A stretch of DNA of 64,000 bases, from assembly GCA_051530055.1 (NCBI GenBank), contig CM121341.1, forward strand, positions 1,950,734 to 2,014,733, read 5' to 3'. The first letter of the stretch is position 1. Every line of letters begins with the position of its first letter. A program made the translations under genes and the position numbers. Origin of the DNA: Neoechinorhynchus agilis (taxonomy: Eukaryota > Animalia > Acanthocephala). A model generated the notes under the pieces. That model was not told where the DNA came from. It saw only the letters and a list, made by a program, of their open reading frames with translations, and made no database searches. Of this stretch, positions 49,342 to 60,600 are shown one piece after another.

Positions 49342-50030
49342 TGCTCTTTTAAATCTAAAACGATCCTCATAGTGCTGTGGGAGCCAATAATGGCTTGTTG
49401 GTGCCTTTTTTAAATCTAAGACGATCCTCAGAGCACGGCAAAAGCAATTATTTCAAATTTAGGGCATTTTAGTGCTTTTTTTGAAATCTAAAACGATCCT
49501 CATTGTGCTGTGGATGCCAATAATGGCTTGTTGGTGCTATTTTTAATCTAAGACGTTCCTCAGAGCGCGGTAAATGTCATTATTTCAAATTTATGGCATT
49601 TTAATGTTTTTTTAAATCTAAAACGATCCTCATAGTGATGTGGAAGCCAACTTTTTTAAATCTAAGACGATCCTCAGAGCACGGCAAAAGCAATTATTTC
49701 AAATTTATGACATTTTAGTGCTTTTTTAAATCTAAAACGATCCTCATTGTGCTGTGGATGCCAATAATGGCTTGTTGGTGCTATTTTTAATCTAAGACGT
49801 TCCTCAGAGCGCGGTAAATGTCATTATTTCAAATTTATGGCATTTTAATGTTTTTTTAAATCTAAAACGATCCTCATAGTGCTGTGGAAGCCATTATTTA
49901 AAATTTATGGCTTTTTGGTGCCTTTTTTGAAAACAAAGAGATTTTCAGAGCTCGGCAAAGACCAATATTTAAAATTTATCGCTTTTTAATGATCCTCATA
50001 GTGCTGTGGAAGCCATTATTTAGAATTTTA
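49260..50030. repeat. Tandem array of alternating ~70-bp and ~60-bp related monomers with a 4-monomer higher-order repeat
   Basis: ATCTAA(G/A)ACG anchors at 49283, 49353, 49414, 49486, 49546, 49616, 49660, 49730, 49790 and 49860. Confidence 0.9.
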
Positions 50031-50267
50031 CACAGATTGTCAATTTTTGTGTTTAAAATAAGGTTAATCTTCATTGAAAGAAGTCGATGGGAATTGAATG
50101 TTTATTTTCGAGATTGTTTTTGCGTTCTCCACGATTGCTTTCTAAATGTTAATAATAAAAGTTCACCACCCGTTCTCACAACGACGATCTATATTTTAAT
50201 TGTGGAAAAAGCCGGCGCTTGCATTTTGTCGATTGATGTTTCTACACAATTCGAAGCAGTTTGTAAT

Positions 50268-50775
50268 TTATCCACTCATCAATTTCATGAATTCCTCAAA
50301 ATCTACGGTTCCGCTACTGTCTTCATCAACTTCACTGATGATTTGGTCGATTTCGTCTGACGACATGTTTTCATCCAAAGTTTTAAAGATTAGTTTTAGG
50401 TCAGCAACGTCGATTACTCCTCTGTTCTGTTTGTCGAAGACCCTGAACGCCTCCCTCAGCTCCTGCTCATCTTCCATTTCCTTTGTTTTTTTCGCCATCA
50501 AAGCAAGAAATTCTTCAAAGTCAACAGCTCCACTGCCGTCTTCATCAACTGCACTAATACAATCCTGCAACTCTTCGAATTTAAGATTATGGCCGAGGTT
50601 TTTCATCACATCTCCCAATTTATTAGTCGGGATTTGTCCACTTTTCTCCTTATCGTACATGTTAAATACCTATTCATGGGCCATTACAGGCGCAAAGACT
50701 GTATCTTCAGACACAAACCTGTTTGATCTCATTGATTTGCTCAGGGGTAAGTTGGTTGTCACCTTCGTCCGACAT
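50268..50775 (-). CDS. Troponin C / calmodulin-like four-EF-hand protein, two exons
   Basis: ATG 50775; canonical 49-nt intron 50718..50670. EF2 'DEDGSGAVDFEE' and EF4 'DEDSSGTVDFEE' are intact, EF1 and EF3 are degenerate, and the end 'FMKLMSG' resembles invertebrate TnC. Confidence 0.85.
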
Positions 50776-51886
50776 TGTTGTTGTTGCGAATCTTAGCTCT
50801 AAAGGAACTTATAGCTATGAGTTAGATGGGGAGGAGGAGGAGGGATTTGTAAAGAGATATTTTCTCCTTGCCGTTATGTCACAAAGCGTAGGACGAAAAT
50901 ATGTGATCGTCTTTTTTTTGCACTGATAAATATCTTTTCTCATCACGCCATAATTTGTGTCCCAAAAGCTGGTTGTGCATTTGTCGTCGTCGTCGTCGTT
51001 GGGAAAGGAGGGGGACTAGTGGAGGGAAGTCATTATGTGCACTTCGGCAGGAGATGAGACGCCGAAAAATCCCGAAAAAGACGCCATGAGTATAACGCCT
51101 TAGAGCAAATGCATAATCACCAAAAAGCTTGCTTTAAGTGACCCAAGCCAATCTGGCGAATATACGTCTATTAAAAAAAATTATTTGTGATCTTACCGGG
51201 CATGTCAATCAAAAGTACGACACCTCCACTCTAATTGGATGAAACCGTATCCAATCAGAGTAGTGAAAACACACTTTAGTTTTCATCTAGACCAATCAGA
51301 AGGTCATAGGAAAAAAGGTTCGCAATAGAAACAATTTGACACTTTTTGTGTTCACTTCCAAATTCAAACTTTCAGCCTTTATTTTAAGAACGTCTTCCAC
51401 TGACATGAATGCACAATCGATTTCTTAGACGTTTTCTATGTTTCAAATCACTAGAAAAAAAGGCCATGGACTTTTGTGTTTTTACATCAATTCGTTATTC
51501 AACGATTGCTCCATAATCAGAAAAGTTGGAGAAAAACATAGTTTTCGCGTCACTCAGAGAGAATTATGAAAGTGACGTCACATTATTCCATTTTGAGTTA
51601 ATTTCTTTCGGATTAAGCGCGGAAACTTCGTTTGTTAAGATTCATGTTTTTTTTCAATGACGGATGATTTTCCTAAGTTTCCAATGTGTCGAAAATTCCA
51701 CAAAAAGTAGGGTTTGTTATTTAAAAACGTGATATGACGTATTTTTGACATAACGTTTCTTCCGTGTCTAATGCGTCATTAAAATATCAATATTGCAAAT
51801 TTCGTGTAATCTGCCCGATCATTATTGGGTTTTTTTTCGTTTTATTGGACGTTTTAATGATCCGTCTCGCACTGTCCATGTGATGG

Positions 51887-52723
51887 TTACCTGGACCTGT
51901 CCATATCAGATGGTTTCGTGAGTTGAAACCTTATTGGAGCCGCTGAGATAGTGACGGGTTTAAGACCGACCTGAGAATCTGTTTCTGCATTCATTGAGAT
52001 TATTTCGCCGCCGCTGCCACTTGCAAGTCCCGCCGGGAAAATGGGTCTTGGTGTCGTGGATGGAGGAGGCTGAAATTGTGTTTGCGGTTGTTGGGGGGGA
52101 TACGGAAATGCAGCAGCTGAATAGAGAGCAACAGGTGCAGCGACTGGTGGAGGAGGAGGGGGCGGTACCATGGCAGTGAATGGATTCACGATGTTCGTTA
52201 AATAATGCGGAGGTTGTAGAAGTGGATTGATTGAAGGTTGTTGTTGTTGTCGACTAAAGAACGGATTTGAAGGTCCTGGCGCAGGATATGAGAGAGGCAT
52301 TGGTTCCACGTAATCATCACCGAGTTTTTCTCTTTCATGAGCTCTTAAATCCTGTTCTGGAATTCCTTCCATCCCATAAATCTCAAGATCCACATTATCC
52401 CGACCTTTTGTTGCATTTGGGATTTTCTCTATCGCTTCCTTATGCACCTAAATTCAACACAGACCAGGAGAACGTCTTTCTCACTTTGCACACTTACCTG
52501 CATGCAATGGATCTTAAGTCCAGGTCCTGTAAATAATCGTTTATGGCATACATGGCACTTAAAATGTCTTGCCTTCTGATGTTGTATGAACATAAACCTT
52601 CACGATCACGATTTATACTCAATATGTAAAAGTCTATGATCCTAACAGAATTTTATCGTCATCGAATTCTCGATTGCAGTACCAACACCAAGGCTTCGTT
52701 TGCTTCTTCTTTCTACGACCCAT
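51887..52723 (-). CDS. ZNF207: BuGZ/ZNF207 zinc-finger protein, three exons
   Basis: 'MGRRKKKQTKPWCWYCNREFDDDKIL|IQHQKARHFKCHVCHKRLFTGPGLKIHCMQ|VHKEAIEKIPNA', 'EIYGMEGIP', Pro-rich tail. The second intron is canonical (52497..52448, 50 nt). Confidence 0.93.
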
Positions 52724-52851
52724 CTTAAAAACGCGTTTAGATCAAGGATCTTTTCATACAAGACGAGCTTGCCTCAAATCCACAACAGTTAACTTCAAAC
52801 GCTCTCGTTCTTTTATCGCTCCATGAACCCGACGAAGCATTTTTCGATCGA

Positions 52852-55618
52852 ATGACGAATGCTAGCAGTGATCGGTGCTCATGTCTATGGCTATATACCA
52901 TCGCTCGTGGATCTCGAACTAGTCTTCTACTAAGCGGACTGCGTCCGTTCAGAAACGTAACCAATCCACTTTTGAACGACTTCGCTGTCGTAGACACAAT
53001 GCTAAGTTTCGTCGAGGTGATCGAGAACTCATTAAAAGCTAAAGCAATGACTGCTATTCTGCCTTTTAAAGAATCTCTCACTCAATGTCTATGCGTTGTA
53101 CTCGATATTCTTGCTCTTATGAGCGCTGATCAACGACGAACTCATCTAATGCTCGCTTCGGCTCAAGAACATGAAAACAAACTGTTCCAAAGACTCACGG
53201 ATCTCGTTCAAAGAAACCAAAGTCAAGTTGCTGAAGTGGTCAGAAGTGCACAAATGACCGCACGACAAAACTCTAAACGGATATTCCAACTAGCCCGAGA
53301 ACCAGTGAGTGCAGATGAAATCGAGCGCCACGTTGTTCATGAACTCAATGCCGTTGTCACAAAAGAACTCCTCAAGGCTGCTGATGTGTTCAAACAAGAC
53401 TATATTGGTAAGAGGGAGAGATATGGGTCATCATGGTTCGTTTTGCAACAACAACAACAATAATTGATAGGTACGCTCAATCGATGCCTTAATGATCTTT
53501 GCGCAGATACGTCAAAACACGCAACAACTATCAGTCGTAGTTCATCGTTCAATACAAACTTCTCTGTTACTCAGGTAATTTTGTGGCCAACAAGAGCCCT
53601 TTTGAATTTTTACAAAAAAAGCGGAAATTTAGGCAATCGCATCAATGTACCACATAGACTTATTGTCAAGATTCTAGAAAAAGAATGTTCAAGAATCTTG
53701 ACGCATAGATCTAATGAGTTGCGTTAATATTTTACGCTATTATTTCGAGAAAATGAAATACGTAAGCGGGTTTTGGTGGCAACGAGAGAGAGAGAGAAAC
53801 TCGAAAATTTAGGCGATTTCACGTCTTATCTCCTCTACAAAACCAAATCAGAATAACATAAATTACATTGAAGTAATTGACACGGTCATGGATTCGATCA
53901 GCGAAACAAAGTAGCCAAAATATGGTTTCATGAACATTAATTCTCCCATCTCTTAGTAGACTTGTGAAGACTTTGTGCCGCAAAATGAGCACTCAATTGG
54001 AATTAGCTCACAATACGTTCCTTGCATCCGTTGAACAACTGAACCAAGTTCATTCTAGTAGACTTGGAGAGGCTGAGAAGATTCAGAAGCTTTTAAAAAA
54101 GGAATATGCACCGAGGCTTGCACTTCTTCAACTAAGAGCAATGTCGATTGTATCTCTAGTCAACTATGGTAAGCAGTGTATATCCAAAAAGAGAAAAACA
54201 CTTCAATTTTGATCATCGACAGAGAAAATGTTTCGGGTTAATCAAAGTTCAATTTTTCGTAAAAATAATCAATCGGCCAAATTCGATGGCGAATTTTTCC
54301 CTCCTCGAGATTTGTAAACATGCAAATTTTCGAGGACTCAACCTCCTTATCAAGCATTGTTTTCGGAGGAAAATAAAAGAAATGGACAAATAGATTTATT
54401 TGGGATATTCCGAAGGAGGTACTGATGATGCGAGGTGACCTCCTTCGAAATATCGCAAATAAATCAAGGAATTATTATGGTTAGAAGCCTACACCCACGG
54501 GAAATGATTATTTCGATTAAAAACGTTCTTTACGAACCTTAACAAACTAATGATGATCCCCCGACGAGGTTCGCAGAACGTTTTAATCGAAATAATCATT
54601 TCCCGTGGGTGTAGACTTCTAACCATAATAATTCCAAATAGGTTATGACCGGGTGCATGTTCAATAAAAAAAAGTTTACATTTCAAACTTTGTTTCGAGA
54701 TCGTTTAATTTCTCGATGTTTTTAGGAAGACCTCGACTAGAAACCGAACTCGGACGAGGCCAATACGGAATAGTGTACAGTTGTGCACAATGGGGGCCGT
54801 ACACCGATTTGGCACTAAAATCGGTTGTTCCAGTCGATGGTCGACACCTCAGAGACACTGCTCTCGAGTTCTACTCAAACACGTAAATTCCTTCTCAATT
54901 TCATCACCGCCAATCACTTATTTGTTGTTCAAAGATAGAGTCCTTCCTGATCATCCAAGCATAGTAAAAATCTATGGATCAGTGATTTGTCCTTATCGAA
55001 AATCGTGCGAACAGTTAATAATTGTGATGGATCGACTTTATACGGATCTCCATGAAGCCATAAACACTGGACTCCTACTAAGACAAAGGTCGATTTCGTT
55101 TAAAAAACAATTCAAAAACCCCCGTTCATTTCAGGTACATGATTGGAATTGAAGTAATGGAGGGAATACGGCACCTTCATCGAATGGGTCTCGTTCATCG
55201 GGACATAAAACTAAGAAACGTTTTGCTTGATCGTAATCTCCACGCTAAAATCACAGATATGGGTTTCTGTAAACCCGAAGTTCTAATAGATGGATCGGTA
55301 GTTGGAACACCCACACACATGGCACCGGAACTCATGACTGCTCAGTACGACTCAACGGTTGATATCTATGCCTTTGGAGTTCTTTTGTGGCATTTGGCTT
55401 CGAACAGTACAGATCTGCCTAAAAACTATGCAGGTTACAAAGTGCCGTCCGTTTTATGGTCGGCTGTCAGGAAAGGAATGAGGCCCGAACGACCGAAAAA
55501 CATTTCGGATGATCTATGGAAACTAATCGAACGGTGTTGGCACGTAGAATCAAGCATGAGACCATCAGCTGCGGAAATACTCGAAGAGCTCGAGCATCAA
55601 TACCAGAAATTGATTTGA
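52852..55618 (+). CDS. DSTYK: Dual Ser/Thr/Tyr kinase DSTYK (RIPK5), six exons
   Basis: 'EYAPRLA', 'ELGRGQYG', 'ALKSVVP', 'ALEFY', 'HRDIKLRNVLLD', 'ITDMGFCKPE', 'GTPTHMAPE'. GT-AG introns 53408-53470, 53718-53959, 54169-54725, 54883-54938 and 55089-55134. Confidence 0.92.
54393..54465. repeat. 28-bp inverted repeat (hairpin/MITE-like) in a DSTYK intron; a related one-armed copy lies at about 25108-25152
   Basis: GATTTATTTGGGATATTCCGAAGGAGGT / ACCTCCTTCGAAATATCGCAAATAAATC, 26 of 28 paired, 17-nt spacer. Confidence 0.7.
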
Positions 55619-55959
55619 ACGCGCGTTGACACAGAGTGAGTTTGCAAATAATGGAACGTTTTCTATAGTTGCGAAGAATTCTTCCGTAGTTTAATGTGAC
55701 GTAGCAATACGTAACATTTCGGAAAATAGCTCGTATCGCAGAAAAATTGAACATTTTTTTACTGTCCGATAGCGCAAACATTATGAATAAATAGTGCTGA
55801 ACTTTTTCATTGCGCCACGGAAGAATCTTTAAAACACAAAGCATTTCTGTGGCCTTGAAAAAATTTTTATTCGAAAGTTTTTTTTACTACCAACATAATA
55901 TATTCTTAACAATTCAAACAATCTGTTTGAAGCATACTCACCACCGTCCCCAAAATCTT

Positions 55960-56200
55960 AGCTTCTCTCCTTCCTCCACCGTCGCCATCACGCTGGCAGC
56001 ATTGCCTCGTTGTACTACCAGCGAGATATTTTGTCGAAGGAATACGCCTGCTCTTGAGTCTCCGGTGCCGAGCTGCCGAGCGCTCCATACGTCTCTACCC
56101 CAAAAGGGACAAACTAGTGAGCCCTCGATAAGTGAAGATATTTCCGTATTTTCCTCCCTTCCGCTGCACTGGCGGCACCCTCTCTCAAGGAATTTTGGTT
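55960..56200 (-). mobile_element. CRE-clade 3' fragment
   Basis: Minus strand: 'GAASAAEGRKIRKY', 'FVPFGVETYGALG', 'VVQRGNAASVMAT'. Confidence 0.8.
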
Positions 56201-56259
56201 AAATCCGGTATTAGCGAACAATAATCTCGTGCCCATTGTTACTAGTTTGCAGAACAATT

Positions 56260-56580
56260 TTGCGTGCCTTTCGAATACCAGATTTTTATCCAAAATTCTT
56301 TCAAACACTTTCGCAGCATCCCACTTACGGGATGCCACCTCAAAAGCGGGAGCAGTCGCCTGCTTCAGCGAGGAAAAGAAGCGGTATAAGTACTCCTCGC
56401 TCGATTCATCCCGATTACGGTGGAAACACTGGGATGTCTCGGAAAAGAAGCCGATTATTTCCTTTTGCCGGCTGAGAAAGATGCCATCGGCGACATGCGC
56501 TCCAACAGCTTCCTTCTGCAGCGAATCAGCGCGGCGATCCAACGCGGCCATCAAGGAAGAGTCTGTAATATTGGGTTTTA
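56260..56580 (+). mobile_element. CRE-clade 3' fragment (same subfamily as 26.2 kb)
   Basis: 'DAT..AGAVA.FSEEKKRYKY', 'ETLGCLGKEADYF', 'NSFLLQRISAAIQRG'. Confidence 0.8.
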
Positions 56581-57670
56581 CGATAAAGATCTTTTTTTAC
56601 GGCAAAAAATTAGTTCCTTGCCTTATCTTTTTTATAACTTAATGGTTCATTTTCTTGCTTGAGGATTTATCAAGTACTTTAATATTACTTATCTTGCCGC
56701 TATGTAGGTTCCCGGCCGTTTCTGCATGTCGCGTCCTTTTTAGGTTTTTCCAGCTTCATATTCTCCATAGCTTTTTGCATCTCTAAAATATATTGCATTG
56801 GATTGGCCATAGTAGCTTCTCCGGCAACCATTTCCTCGACAGGTGATTGCAATCATAACGTATGAGTCCGTAAAAGAAATGCGGATTGGACATATAGAGA
56901 GATTTAAAAAAAGATGAATAGTTTGAATGTTCGGTGGCTCTCTTTTTCACGCTACAATTGAAAGTGAAATAAATCAGTGTCGAGTGTATCTATCAGAGTC
57001 GAAATTAATATTGCCTATCGGATTTTAGTTTGAAATATCTGCCCCGATCATCATATATTTAATTTAAAGGAAAAATATTTCGAACGAAGCAACTTCTATA
57101 TTGGCCGTATGGACGAGATCACAAAAAAGGCGATGCCGAAGCATTTTCTATCGATGATTTGTAAATTAAACTCTCGTTACCAATCTTAAACACCAATTCT
57201 CACACATTTCATCCACAAAACCATATATACGAATCAAAAAAATCGATCGAGTATCTCGCGATTATCCACTGGTCATTTTAGCACCCAAGTTAATCTCCAT
57301 AGCACAAACGAAAGAACAGTTTGATTAAAATACTGATCAAATTTCCAGAATTGGCGTCATTTTGTGATTATACAAATCGGATGTTGTATGTCTTGCGTTT
57401 CCAGTGTGCTGAATATCCATTTTGTTGCAATTCGAACGGACCACTACCTCTTCCCTTTGCTACTTATTCGTATCACTTAAAAGTCAACGAGGAGCTAAGA
57501 TTAATTTTTCTGTCAAATTATTCCACAAAAAATATGCTAATGAGAATTTAAAGGGAACGAATCTTACGCTTTGCACTGCTGCATAAATCGCTTATATAGT
57601 TTTTTCGACCGCAATCCTTAAAATCAATGTGGCTCCGATCAGAAATAAAATTATTAAAGACGCTTTCGCG

Positions 57671-60600
57671 AAAAATCAATCTTCCATTTTGCTATGGATT
57701 TGTTAAAATCAACTTTTCATCCAATGAAATCGATCAAAGATCATTTTTCGAAATATCCGACACCAATGAGAAAAGTTGAAGGTTTGCTTTGAAACCAGAA
57801 AAATCTTACTAAAATTTTAAGTCCGAAAAATCAGTTCAATCAGTCTTCCATTTTGCTATGGATTTGTTAAAATCTATTTTTTATCCAATGAAATCGATCA
57901 AAGATCATTTTTCGAAATATCCGACACCAATGAGAAAAGTTGAAGGTTTGCTTTCAAACCTGAAAAATCTTACTAAAATTTTAAGTCCGAAAAATCAGTT
58001 CAATCAGTCTTCCATTTTGCTATGGATTTGTTAAAATCAACTTTTCATCCAATGAAATCGATCAAAGATCATTTTTCGAAATATCCGACACCAATGAGAA
58101 AAGTTGAAGGTTTGCTTTCAAACCTGAAAAATCTTACTAAAATTTTAAGTCCGAAAAATCAGTTCAATCAGTCTTCCATTTTGCTATGGATTTGTTAAAA
58201 TCTATTTTTTATCCAATGAAATCGATCAAAGATCATTTTTCGAAATATCCGACACCAATGAGAAAAGTTGAAGGTTTGCTTTCAAACCTGAAAAATCTTA
58301 CTAAAATTTTAAGTCCGAAAAATCAGTTCAATCAGTCTTCCATTTTGCTATGGATTTGTTAAAATCTATTTTTTATCCAATGAAATCGATCAAAGATCAT
58401 TTTTCGAAATATCCGACACCAATGAGAAAAGTTGAAGGTTTGCTTTGAAACCGGAAAAATCTTACTAAAATTTTAAGTCCGAAAAATCAGTTCAATCAGT
58501 CTTCCATTTTGCTATGGATTTGTTAAAATCTATTTTTTATCCAATGAAATCGATCAAAGATCATTTTTCGAAATATCCGACACCAATGAGAAAAGTTGAA
58601 GGTTTGCTTTCAAACCTGAAAAATCTTACTAAAATTTTAAGTCCGAAAAATCAGTTCAATCAGTCTTCCATTTTGCTATGGATTTGTTAAAATCTATTTT
58701 TTATCCAATGAAATCGATCAAAGATCATTTTTCGAAATATCCGACACCAATGAGAAAAGTTGAAGGTTTGCTTTCAAACCTGAAAAATCTTACTAAAATT
58801 TTAAGTCCGAAAAATCAGTCTTCCATTTTGCTATGGATTTGTTAAAATCTATTTTTATCCAATGAAATCGATCAAAGATCATTTTTCGAAATATCCGACA
58901 CCAATGAGAAAAGTTGAAGGTTTGCTTTCAAACCTGAAAAATCTTACTAAAATTTTAAGTCCGAAAAATCAGTTCAATCAGTCTTCCATTTTGCTATGGA
59001 TTTGTTAAAATCTATTTTTTATCCAATGAAATCGATCAAAGATCATTTTTCGAAATATCCGACACCAATGAGAAAAGTTGAAGGTTTGCTTTGAAACCTG
59101 AAAAATCTTACTAAAATTTTAAGTCCGAAAAATCAGTTCAATCAGTCTTCCATTTTGCTATGGATTTGTTAAAATCTATTTTTTATCCAATGAAATCGAT
59201 CAAAGATCATTTTTCGAAATATCCGACACCAATGAGAAAAGTTGAAGGTTTGCTTTCAAACCTGAAAAATCTTACTAAAATTTTAAGTCCGAAAAATCAG
59301 TTCAATCAGTCTTCCATTTTGCTATGGATTTGTTAAAATCTATTTTTTATCCAATGAAATCGATCAAAGATCATTTTTCGAAATATCCGACACCAATGAG
59401 AAAAGTTGAAGGTTTGCTTTCAAACCTGAAAAATCTTACTAAAATTTTAAGTCCGAAAAATCAGTCTTCCATTTTGCTATGGATTTGTTAAAATCTATTT
59501 TTTATCCAATGAAATCGATCAAAGATCATTTTTCGAAATATCCGACACCAATGAGAAAAGTTGAAGGTTTGCTTTCAAACCTGAAAAATCTTACTAAAAT
59601 TTTAAGTCCGAAAAAATCAGTCTTCCATTTTGCTATGGATTTGTTAAAATCTATATCCAATGAAATCGATCAAAGATCATTTTTCGAAATATCCGACACC
59701 AATGAGAAAAGTTGAAGGTTTGCTTTCAAACCTGAAAAATCTTACTAAAATTTTAAGTCCGAAAAATCAGTTCAATCAGTCTTCCATTTTGCTATGGATT
59801 TGTTAAAATCTATTTTTTATCCAATGAAATCGATCAAAGATCATTTTTCGAAATATCCGACACCAATGAGAAAAGTTGAAGGTTTGCTTCAAACCTGAAA
59901 AATCTTACTAAAATTTTAAGTCCGAAAAATCAGTTCAATCAGTCTTCCATTTTGCTATGGATTTGTTAAAATCTATTTTTTATCCAATGAAATCGATCAA
60001 AGATCATTTTTCGAAATATCCGACACCAATGAGAAAAGTTGAAGGTTTGCTTTCAAACCTGAAAAATCTTACTAAAATTTTAAGTCCGAAAAATCAGTTC
60101 AATCAGTCTTCCATTTTGCTATGGATTTGTTAAAATCTATTTTTTATCCAATGAAATCGATCAAAGATCATTTTTCGAAATATCCGACACCAATGAGAAA
60201 AGTTGAAGGTTTGCTTTCAAACCTGAAAAATCTTACTAAAATTTTAAGTCCGAAAAATCAGTTCAATCAGTCTTCCATTTTGCTATGGATTTGTTAAAAT
60301 CTATTTTTTATCCAATGAAATCGATCAAAGATCATTTTTCGAAATATCCGACACCAATGAGAAAAGTTGAAGGTTTGCTTTCAAACCTGAAAAATCTTAC
60401 TAAAATTTTAAGTCCGAAAAATCAGTTCAATCAGTCTTCCATTTTGCTATGGATTTGTTAAAATCTATTTTTTATCCAATGAAATCGATCAAAGATCATT
60501 TTTCGAAATATCCGACACCAATGAGAAAAGTTGAAGGTTTGCTTTGAAACCTGAAAAATCTTACTAAAATTTTAAGTCCGAAAAATCAGTTCAATCAGTC

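Noticed and set aside
53575-53580. Strong-looking donor CAG|GTAATT implying a non-canonical DSTYK junction
   Set aside because: The downstream donor at 53718 joins the AG at 53958-53959 in phase and retains DSTYK-like sequence.
54422-54455. CTGATGA...GAAATATC hammerhead-like motif in the inverted repeat
   Set aside because: No G10.1-C11.1 pair and no stem I; better explained as the hairpin spacer.
1281-56475. Many overlapping or antisense ORFs in the track (e.g. 1281, 25440, 30429, 50200, 52267, 56114)
   Set aside because: Shadow frames of real genes or TE fragments.
59479-59715. 78-aa ORF in the satellite
   Set aside because: A by-product of monomer indels in a non-coding array.
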